Source: Macrostomum lignano | Taxonomy: Eukaryota | NCBI GenBank assembly: GCA_002269645.1 | Contig: NIVC01004527.1 | Location: 1 to 43,262 of the forward strand | Direction of reading: 5' to 3' | DNA length: 43,262 nucleotides | Part shown: positions 23,427 to 33,500 of the stretch, one piece after another | How the letters are laid out: the number at the start of each line of letters is the position of its first letter | Position numbering within the stretch: the first letter of the stretch is position 1 | Made by a program: the position numbers and the translations under genes | Notes under the pieces: generated by a model | The model's input: the letters and a program-made list of their open reading frames with translations, nothing else | Told to the model about the DNA's origin: nothing | Database searches by the model: none

Positions 23427-23509
23427 ACAGCACAGCCCCTACACTTCCTCGCGGTGTGCTGTGGACGGTGGACAAATGTCGACAGGCAAATGTGCACTGA
23501 CTAAAGGGG
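23427..23509 (+). ncRNA. Putative HDV-like self-cleaving ribozyme at the retrotransposon 5' end
   Basis: P1 ACAGCAC(23427-33)/GTGCTGT(23456-62); P3 ACT/GGT around L3 TCCTCGC (identical to antigenomic HDV L3); P1.1 GG 23463-64; P4 CGGTGGACA/TGTGCACTG; J4/2 A-CTAA with the putative catalytic C at 23501; P2 CCCCT/AGGGG. Two extra nt (AC, 23441-42) lie between P2 and P3. Confidence 0.7.
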
Positions 23510-23532
23510 GCACACCTAGTACCTACAAGAGC

Positions 23533-23586
23533 TACTGTGATGACAGGTTGAATTTGGCGGGAGATGTGGAGAAAAATCCTGGACCA
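23533..23586 (+). other. 2A-like ribosomal-skipping (StopGo) peptide
   Basis: YCDDRLNLAGDVEKNPG|P matches the D(V/I)ExNPGP consensus, with the usual upstream L.L.GD, in frame with the downstream PHD/APE ORF. Confidence 0.85.
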
Positions 23587-23610
23587 AGGTCGAAGGAGGT
23601 GGAAAAACCC

Positions 23611-25164
23611 TGTGCAGTCTGCGCTAAGAGGACAAATGGAAGAGGACCAGTCTGCGGCGGATGCGGGAACCATATGCACCTGGGCTGCAGCAGGCTGAAA
23701 CGAGGTGAATTCTACGACCTGGAGAAGGTGGAAAGGCGGCGTGACTGGATGGGACCGTGCTGAAAGCGCGGCGAGGTAGAAGGGAGGCTCGAGACGCATC
23801 ACGGAATAGAAAGGAGGGAGATAGAAAAGTCAGAGCGATGTATAGTGTGCGGAAAGACCCTCAGAAGGGACCAACCGGGTCTTAAGTGTGAAGGCTGCGG
23901 AGCCGTGGGGCACCGGCAATGTACGGGGCTCAGCAGATGGGCCAAGGAGCAAGGAGCCAGATGGAGATGCCAGAAATGCCGGGAGGAGAGGCCGGAGGAC
24001 AAAGCGCTGGGGAAGAAGGCGCCGATGGAGAAGCAGGAGACGGGGCAGGTCCCGATGAAGAAGGGACGGTGCGCGGTCTGCGGAAGATTCAGAAGGACGG
24101 GACACGGCACCAGTTGCAGACGCTGTGGCAAAGAAGTGCACTGGACTTGCGCTGGTCTGAGCAGCCGTACGGTCAAGGAAAGAATGAAGCAGCTTGGAGG
24201 CTTTATGTGCACGGAGTGTGAGAAGGAAAAACAGGTGAAACCCGACAAAACGGCGGAGATGAAGCAGGACACGGAGGTGAGCGACGAAGGCATCAAAATC
24301 CTGCAATGGAACTGTGACAACTTGATGGCTAAGATCCCGGAGCTGAGAGTCTTCTTGGACAAGCACGATGTAGACGTTGCTATGCTCCAGGAGACCAAGT
24401 TGAGAGCTGAGGACGGAACCATCAATGTGGCTGGCTTTGAAGTGGTCAGGCAGGACAGAACCCGGCAGCAAGCTATCCGGAACTCCCGGGGAGGAGGGCT
24501 GGTCACGCTCATCCGGCAGGGGATCCCCTACAGAATCTTAGGGGAGTACTGCAACTATGTTGAAGAGGGTGTGGAGATCCTGGCGGTCCAACTCACGATG
24601 AATGGAGGTCCCATCAAGCTGGCGAATGTGTACATCCCCCCGGACAGGGGAGGAGGAGCGCAGGACATGGACAGGATCCCGAGCGGACAAAATTGGATAG
24701 TTCGAGGTGACCTTAATGTGCACCACGAGCTGTGGGACAATGAAATGGAAGCGGACGGGCGGGGAGAGCGTCTGGTAAACTGGATGGACGACAACGATAT
24801 GGTGGTGCTAAATACGGGCGATCCGACAAGGGACGCCAGAGGTGATATTAGGGATTCGGCGCCGGATGTCACGCTATGCTACCGCACGCAAGAGGCGCGC
24901 TGGGGCTGGCAGACGGTCAAAGAGCTGGGATCGGATCATAGACCGATCATCATGAGTAGCGGCCGAAGCGGTAGACCGGAGGTGAGCAGAAAGATTATCA
25001 CATGGAATTGGAACAAGGCGGACTGGGAAGCCTATCGTGAGATGTTTTCGAAGCTGGCTCTGGAATACAACTCTGATGAGGGCTCTACATCTGATGCTGA
25101 GAAACGGCTTAGGGAGGGCCTATTAACGGCGGCCAGAAAGTGTATTGGGTTGATCGCCAGGTAG
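23611..25164 (+). pseudogene. Three PHD-like zinc fingers followed by an apurinic-type endonuclease (retrotransposon ORF, interrupted)
   Basis: Fingers CAVC...CGGC..HMHLGC...W.GPC, CIVC...CEGC..GHRQC...WRCQKC and CAVC...CRRC..VHWTC...FMCTEC. APE motifs ILQWNC, LQETKL, GGGL, NVYIPP, GDLNVHH, APDVTL, SDHRPI. In-frame stops at 23761 and 25162. Confidence 0.9.
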
Positions 25165-25344
25165 ATCAGAGCGGAGATAAAAGCTAGAGATAAGAAGAGA
25201 GAATTGGCGGACGAGAATGGTAGTGGAGAGGCGGAATGGTCGGCGGCGAATGAAAAGCTGAGAGAGTATCAGGAGGAGCAAAGCCGAGGAGTGGAAAGCC
25301 CACGCCGAGGATAACTTGGCTGGAGGAAGAAGGCGGAAGCGGGC

Positions 25345-26348
25345 ATGGCGGAGTGCAAGCTTCAGAATATGGCCTTTGAGGATGAGGTGCCACCGCCACC
25401 ATGGCAACCGCGTGGGAGGGATGCTATTAAGATCGATGGTGTGAGGGAAATGTTGCCGGAGGACAGTTGGAGGAAAGGACTTTCCAGCATCATGGAACAG
25501 GGACCGATGGACCGGATACTCTACACGAACGGATCAGTGGTTGAGGACAAAGGAGGCAGTGGAGTGGTGGTGTGCCAACCCACGGAAAACGACCCGGAGG
25601 GGGTCGGTAAAGTTGAGGCGACCATCCAACAAGCTGCGGGTACGCCCTGCTCATCTACGCAAGCGGAGCTCTATGCGTTCATCGCTTGCCTGAACTGGCT
25701 TGATGAACACGCCGGCAAAGGAGGGCGCGTCATGATCATTAGTGACAGCCAGAGCTGCCTGCAAGCTATTAAAGGCTTGAGAAAAAACCCGCTGGCTATC
25801 AGAGCAAGGAATATGCTGAGGAAGCTGGAGGAGGAACAGATGGTGGTGAAGTTGATATGGGTGCCCGCGCACTGCGGTCTTGCAGGAAATGAACTGGCGG
25901 ATGAGGCGGCGAAAGTGGCATCGACTAGGGCCCTGGATGGCATCAGAGTGCCAGCCAGCAGCAGCAAAAATTACATCCAGAGCAAGCTAGGTAGAGACGA
26001 CGACAGATCACACAGGAGGAGCAAAGAGACGTACGGTGAGCAGGGAGTGGCGCTCCAACCGACGGGACTTCGTAAGGAGGAAGCGGTCGATTTCAGACGC
26101 TTCAGGAGTGGCCACTCCATGGATCTGGCGGCACACAGAAAACGGGTGGGCAAGCAAGAAGAAGGGTGGTGCACTAGGTGCGGCATGGCGGATGAGACGA
26201 TTATGGACTGTCCCGTCACGCGCAGCCTGAGGGAGAAGCTAGATCTGCACGGGCTGAGAGATCTGAGCAGAAGGCCGGGGAACGCGGCTGAGTTCTGGGG
26301 AACGCGGCTGAGTTCTGGAAGAAGTTCCGTGAGGAAGAACATCACTAG
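25345..26348 (+). pseudogene. RNase H domain and C-terminus of the retrotransposon ORF
   Basis: YTNGS (Asn at the first catalytic Asp, 25528-30), AELYA, ISDSQS and WVPAHCGLAGNELADEAAK. RFRSGH...CTRCG...DCP is a degenerate CCHC knuckle. A 20-bp tandem duplication (26279-98/26299-318) shifts the frame; without it the ORF ends WKKFREEEHH* at 26348. Confidence 0.88.
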
Positions 26349-26366
26349 AGGCTTGGTATCTACTAG

Positions 26367-26375
26367 GCACGCACG

Positions 26376-26420
<45 letters not shown>
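26367..26420. repeat. (GCAC)n + (AC)n microsatellite
   Basis: Direct reading; lies immediately 3' of the retrotransposon ORF end. Confidence 0.97.
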
Positions 26421-26425
<5 letters not shown>

Positions 26426-27032
26426 TGCACGAGGCACTTATTGGCCAAGTGTGCAAAAGCTTGCACATATTGGGACTGCTCCGACACACGAAAAATCACA
26501 CACACACACGTCCCCACACAGGCAATTTTCAACCCAACAAATAGATTTTTATTGACAACATGCTTTTAGCTTACTGAAAACAGTTGGAAAGCATTTTTCG
26601 AGGTGTATTGAACTCACAACAGACTGTACATGTATACTTGTCTAAAACAGAATTAAAAAACCCTTGCTGAATTCCACTTAAGGCAATAATATCAGCGCGT
26701 CAAATTTCACCGGATAATTTCAGCGATCATAGAATATAGAAGACAGGATGGTAAATGGCAAGGGACTTTAAGGTTATCGAAGACAAACGACATTGACACA
26801 TATCAAAAAAATTTTACGATCTGAATAAACAAAATTTGCTACATTTAGTGCCACTGGGAAAAAACAATTCTGTAGCGAAACTCCACTGTTCATAAAAATG
26901 AACTTTATTGATTATGACACAATCACTAGAATTACTCAAAAGGTACATGTCAGCTATTCGGACCCACAGAATGCTACGTAAAAGGATGCGGAAATGAACA
27001 ACACTATAGCAGAAGCCAGCACACACTATAGT

Positions 27033-27362
27033 ATGGGGCTGTCCCAACAATTCCACCATAGCCAGTGTGGATGGGGCTGTCCCAACAATTCCACCATAGC
27101 CAGTGTGGATGGGGCTGTCCCAACAATTCCACCATAGCCAGTGTGGATGGGGCTGTCCCAACAATTCCACCATAGCCAGTGTGGATGGGGCTGTCCCAAC
27201 AATTCCACCATAGCCAGTGTGGATAGGGCTGTCCCAACAATTCCAGCATAGCCAGTGTGGATGGGGCTGTCCCAACAATTCCACCGTAGCCAGTGTGGAT
27301 AGGGCTGTCCCAACAATTCCAGCATAGCCAGTGTGGATAGGGCTGTCCCAACAATTCCAGTA
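27033..27362. repeat. 38-bp minisatellite, about 8.6 copies
   Basis: GGGGCTGTCCCAACAATTCCACCATAGCCAGTGTGGAT starts at 27035, 27073 and onward; head-to-tail with no spacers. Confidence 0.97.
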
Positions 27363-27539
27363 TAGCTTGAAAAACAATATACACAAATACTATAAAAAGC
27401 AAAATGCTAGAGCTCCACCGCGGTCAGTGCACAGGATTTTATTAGAAACAGAATGCAAACAAATGCGTCCTTTAAATAATATTCGAGTGAATCAAACAAC
27501 AGTTGATCGGCTACTCGATTCAGAAACTTAAAATATAAC

Positions 27540-30500
27540 CAGCTCCGCCAGAAAACTCATGAATTAACTGACTGCTGCACAGATAGCGGCTGCTGCTGCT
27601 GCTGCTGCTGCGGCTTGTGAGCAGCAAGTGAACTAAATGACGGATGCAGCGGCGAGATCAGAATGCTCGCTGCTGATCGTTAAAGCGCATTCTTGTCTCT
27701 TAGGCATGTCGCTGGCGTTGCTGACTTCAGAAGCTGCGAGGAAAAGAAATCAATTAAGATAGGCTTGCTTTAGTAATCATTAATAGGCTATAAAAGAACC
27801 CTTTAATAGAACGTGTTCAACTAATGCTGGGTCTGTTTTGAAAAGTCAGAACTCAGAAGTAGTCGCGATTAGAATCAGTACGAGCGTATTGTCCCAATAA
27901 GTGCGACCCAACAAATGCTGTTCAAAAAATAAGCCTGGCTGCAATGTCCCAATAAATGCCCAACAAATTACTAGCCTTGAACTAGGCTGGGCTGTGTTTA
28001 CTATTCATTGCGTTTGTAGCTTGTGTCCCAACAATGCCACTGAGATGTTGCATTGCTTTTGAATTGTGCTCTACCAGGTAACACAAGTACTCTGGTGTAC
28101 AATACTTCTACAGAAGATAATACTCACCCAAAACAGATCGTCTCTTTCTCTTTAATCCTGTGCCGGATGGGTTTTCTTCAGATCCACCAGAAAATTCACA
28201 AATAGACTGACTGCCTGCAAGGATAGCGGCTGCTGCTGCTGCGGCTTGTGAGCAGCAAGTGAACTAAATGACGGATGCAGCGGCGAGATCAGAATGCTCG
28301 CTGCTGATCGTTAAAGCGCATTCTTGTCTCGTAGGCATGTCGCTGGCGTTGCTGACTTCAGAAGCTGTGAGGAAAAGAAATCAATTAAGATAGGCTTGCT
28401 TTAGTAATCATTAATAGGCTATAAAGAACCCTTTAATAGAACGTGTTCAACTAATGCTGGGTCTGTTTTGAAAAGTCAGAACTCAGAAGTAGTCGCGATT
28501 AGAATCAGTATTGTCCCAATAAGTGCGACCCAACAAATGCTGTTCAAAAAATAAGCCTGGCTGCAATGTCCCAATAAATGCCCAACAAATTACTAGCCTT
28601 GAACTAGGCTGGGCTGTGTTTACTATTCATTGCGTTTGTAGCTTGTGTCCCAACAATGCCACTGAGATGTTGCATTGCTTTTGAATTGTGCTCTACCAGG
28701 TAACACAAGTACTCTGGTGTACAATACTTCTACAGAAGATAATACTCACCCAAAACAGATCGTCTCTTTCTCTTTAATCCTGTGCCGGATGGGTTTTCTT
28801 CAGATCCACCAGAAAATTCACAAATAGACTGACTGCCTGCAAGGATAGCGGCTGCTGCTGCTGCGGCTTGTGAGCAGCAAGTGAACTAAATGACGGATGC
28901 AGCGGCGAGATCAGAATGCTCGCTGCTGATCGTTAAAGCGCATTCTTGTCTCTTAGGCATGTCGCTGGCGTTGCTGACTTCAGAAGCTGTGAGGAAAAGA
29001 AATCAATTAAGATAGGCTTGCTTTAGTAATCATTAATAGGCTATAAAGGAACCCTTTAATAGAACGTGTTCAACTAATGCTGGGTCTGTTTTGAAAAGTC
29101 AGAACTCAGAAGTAGTCGCGATTAGAATCAGTATTGTCCCAATAAGTGCGACCCAACAAATGCTGTTCAAAAAATAAGCCTGGCTGCAATGTCCCAATAA
29201 ATGCCCAACAAATTACTAGCCTTGAACTAGGCTGGGCTGTGTTTACTATTCATTGCGTTTGTAGCTTGTGTCCCAACAATGCCACTGAGATGTTGCATTG
29301 CTTTTGAATTGTGCTCTACCAGGTAACACAAGTACTCTGGTGTACAATACTTCTACAGAAGATAATACTCACCCAAAACAGATCGTCTCTTTCTCTTTAA
29401 TCCTGTGCCGGATGGGTTTTCTTCAGATCCACCAGAAAATTCACAAATAGACTGACTGCCTGCAAGGATAGCGGCTGCTGCTGCTGCTGCTGCTGCTGCT
29501 GCGGCTTGTGAGCAGCAAGTGAACTAAATGACGGATGCAGCGGCGAGATCAGAATGCTCGCTGCTGATCGTTAAAGCGCATTCTTGTCTCTTAGGCATGT
29601 CGCTGGCGTTGCTGACTTCAGAAGCTGTGAGGAAAAGAAATCAATTAAGATAGGCTTGCTTTAGTAATCATTAATAGGCTATAAAGGAACCCTTTAATAG
29701 AACGTGTTCAACTAATGCTGGGTCTGTTTTGAAAAGTCAGAACTCAGAAGTAGTCGCGATTAGAATCAGTATTGTCCCAATAAGTGCGACCCAACAAATG
29801 CTGTTCAAAAAATAAGCCTGGCTGCAATGTCCCAATAAATGCCCAACAAATTACTAGCCTTGAACTAGGCTGGGCTGTGTTTACTATTCATTGCGTTTGT
29901 AGCTTGTGTCCCAACAATGCCACTGAGATGTTGCATTGCTTTTGAATTGTGCTCTACCAGGTAACACAAGTACTCTGGTGTACAATACTTCTACAGAAGA
30001 TAATACTCACCCAAAACAGATCGTCTCTTTCTCTTTAATCCTGTGCCGGATGGGTTTTCTTCAGATCCACCAGAAAATTCACAAATAGACTGACTGCCTG
30101 CAAGGATAGCGGCTGCTGCTGCTGCGGCTTGTGAGCAGCAAGTGAACTAAATGACGGATGCAGCGGCGAGATCAGAATGCTCGCTGCTGATCGTTAAAGC
30201 GCATTCTTGTCTCTTAGGCATGTCGCTGGCGTTGCTGACTTCAGAAGCTGTGAGGAAAAGAAATCAATTAAGATAGGCTTGCTTTAGTAATCATTAATAG
30301 GCTATAAAGAACCCTTTAATAGAACGTGTTCAACTAATGCTGGGTCTGTTTTGAAAAGTCAGAACTCAGAAGTAGTCGCGATTAGAATCAGTATTGTCCC
30401 AATAAGTGCGACCCAACAAATGCTGTTCAAAAAATAAGCCTGGCTGCAATGTCCCAATAAATGCCCAACAAATTACTAGCCTTGAACTAGGCTGGGCTGT

Positions 30501-33500
30501 GTTTACTATTCATTGCGTTTGTAGCTTGTGTCCCAACAATGCCACTGAGATGTTGCATTGCTTTTGAATTGTGCTCTACCAGGTAACACAAGTACTCTGG
30601 TGTACAATACTTCTACAGAAGATAATACTCACCCAAAACAGATCGTCTCTTTCTCTTTAATCCTGTGCCGGATGGGTTTTCTTCAGATCCACCAGAAAAT
30701 TCACAAATAGACTGACTGCCTGCAAGGATAGCGGCTGCTGCTGCTGCGGCTTGTGAGCAGCAAGTGAACTAAATGACGGATGCAGCGGCGAGATCAGAAT
30801 GCTCGCTGCTGATCGTTAAAGCGCATTCTTGTCTCTTAGGCATGTCGCTGGCGTTGCTGACTTCAGAAGCTGTGAGGAAAAGAAATCAATTAAGATAGGC
30901 TTGCTTTAGTAATCATTAATAGGCTATAAAGGAACCCTTTAATAGAACGTGTTCAACTAATGCTGGGTCTGTTTTGAAAAGTCAGAACTCAGAAGTAGTC
31001 GCGATTAGAATCAGTATTGTCCCAATAAGTGCGACCCAACAAATGCTGTTCAAAAAATAAGCCTGGCTGCAATGTCCCAATAAATGCCCAACAAATTACT
31101 AGCCTTGAACTAGGCTGGGCTGTGTTTACTATTCATTGCGTTTGTAGCTTGTGTCCCAACAATGCCACTGAGATGTTGCATTGCTTTTGAATTGTGCTCT
31201 ACCAGGTAACACAAGTACTCTGGTGTACAATACTTCTACAGAGATAATACTCACCCAAAACAGATCGTCTCTTTCTCTTTAATCCTGTGCCGGATGGGTT
31301 TTCTTCAGATCCACCAGAAAATTCACAAATAGACTGACTGCCTGCAAGGATAGCGGCTGCTGCTGCTGCTGCTGCTGCTGCTGCAGCAAGTGAACTAAAT
31401 GACGGATGCAGCGGCGAGATCAGAATGCTCGCTGCTGATCGTTAAAGCGCATTCTTGTCTCTTAGGCATGTCGCTGGCGTTGCTGACTTCAGAAGCTGTG
31501 AGGAAAAGAAATCAATTAAGATAGGCTTGCTTTAGTAATCATTAATAGGCTATAAAGGAACCCTTTAATAGAACGTGTTCAACTAATGCTGGGTCTGTTT
31601 TGAAAAGTCAGAACTCAGAAGTAGTCGCGATTAGAATCAGTATTGTCCCAATAAGTGCGACCCAACAAATGCTGTTCAAAAAATAAGCCTGGCTGCAATG
31701 TCCCAATAAATGCCCAACAAATTACTAGCCTTGAACTAGGCTGGGCTGTGTTTACTATTCATTGCGTTTGTAGCTTGTGTCCCAACAATGCCACTGAGAT
31801 GTTGCATTGCTTTTGAATTGTGCTCTACCAGGTAACACAAGTACTCTGGTGTACAATACTTCTACAGCAGATAATACTCACCCAAAACAGATCGTCTCTT
31901 TCTCTTTAATCCTGTGCCGGATGGGTTTTCTTCAGATCCACCAGAAAATTCACAAATAGACTGACTGCCTGCAAGGATAGCGGCTGCTGCTGCTGCGGCT
32001 TGTGAGCAGCAAGTGAACTAAATGACGGATGCAGCGGCGAGATCAGAATGCTCGCTGCTGATCGTTAAAGCGCATTCTTGTCTCTTAGGCATGTCGCTGG
32101 CGTTGCTGACTTCAGAAGCTGTGAGGAAAAGAAATCAATTAAGATAGGCTTGCTTTAGTAATCATTAATAGGCTATAAAGAACCCTTTAATAGAACGTGT
32201 TCAACTAATGCTGGGTCTGTTTTGAAAAGTCAGAACTCAGAAGTAGTCGCGATTAGAATCAGTATTGTCCCAATAAGTGCGACCCAACAAATGCTGTTCA
32301 AAAAATAAGCCTGGCTGCAATGTCCCAATAAATGCCCAACAAATTACTAGCCTTGAACTAGGCTGGGCTGTGTTTACTATTCATTGCGTTTGTAGCTTGT
32401 GTCCCAACAATGCCACTGAGATGTTGCATTGCTTTTGAATTGTGCTCTACCAGGTAACACAAGTACTCTGGTGTACAATACTTCTACAGAAGATAATACT
32501 CACCCAAAACAGATCGTCTCTTTCTCTTTAATCCTGTGCCGGACGGGTTTTCTTCAGATCCACCAGAAAATTCACAAATAGACTGACTGCCTGCACGGAT
32601 AGCGGCTGCTGCTGCTGCGGCTTGTGAGCAGCAAGTGAACTAAATGACGGATGCAGCGGCGAGATCAGAATGCTCGCTGCTGATCGTTAAAGCGCATTCT
32701 TGTCTCTTAGGCATGTCGCTGGCGTTGCTGACTTCAGAAGCTGTGAGGAAAAGAAATCAATTAAGATAGGCTTGCTTTAGTAATCATTAATAGGCTATAA
32801 AGAACCCTTTAATAGAACGTGTTCAACTAATGCTGGGTCTGTTTTGAAAAGTCAGAACTCAGAAGTAGTCGCGATTAGAATCAGTATTGTCCCAATAAGT
32901 GCGACCCAACAAATGCTGTTCAAAAAATAAGCCTGGCTGCAATGTCCCAATAAATGCCCAACAAATTACTAGCCTTGAACTAGGCTGGGCTGTGTTTACT
33001 ATTCATTGCGTTTGTAGCTTGTGTCCCAACAATGCCACTGAGATGTTGCATTGCTTTTGAATTGTGCTCTACCAGGTAACACAAGTACTCTGGTGTACAA
33101 TACTTCTACAGAGATAATACTCACCCAAAACAGATCGTCTCTTTCTCTTTAATCCTGTGCCGGACGGGTTTTCTTCAGATCCACCAGAAAATTCACAAAT
33201 AGACTGACTGCCTGCACGGATAGCGGCTGCTGCTGCTGCGGCTTGTGAGCAGCAAGTGAACTAAATGACGGATGCAGCGGCGAGATCAGAATGCTCGCTG
33301 CTGATCGTTAAAGCGCATTCTTGTCTCTTAGGCATGTCGCTGGCGTTGCTGACTTCAGAAGCTGTGAGGAAAAGAAATCAATTAAGATAGGCTTGCTTTA
33401 GTAATCATTAATAGGCTATAAAGGAACCCTTTAATAGAACGTGTTCAACTAATGCTGGGTCTGTTTTGAAAAGTCAGAACTCAGAAGTAGTCGCGATTAG

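Larger units (their letters stand above)
23427..26368 (+). mobile_element. Ingi-like (I-group) APE non-LTR retrotransposon, internally deleted: HDV-like ribozyme, 2A, 3 PHD-like fingers, APE, [no RT], RNase H, degenerate zinc knuckle
   Basis: A single reading frame from 23476 through a lone TGA (23761-23763) to 25164 carries 2A, three C4HC-type fingers and APE motifs. RNase H lies in ORF 25345-26544. Only about 570 nt separate APE from RNase H and no RT motifs are seen. The 3' boundary is approximate. Confidence 0.88.

Noticed and set aside
23400-26440. Target-site duplication around the Ingi-like element
   Set aside because: The flanks are short microsatellites ((AACAGC)n and (AC)n) and I could not identify a convincing direct repeat.
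26349-26544. C-terminal extension of the RNase H ORF through poly-(HT)
   Set aside because: Caused by the 20-bp duplication shifting the frame into the (AC)n microsatellite; the original stop is probably at 26346-26348.
27033-27362. 38-bp repeat as a CRISPR array
   Set aside because: Units are head-to-tail with no unique spacers, no cas genes are present, and the context is eukaryotic. The same applies to the 29-, 45- and 74-bp repeats.
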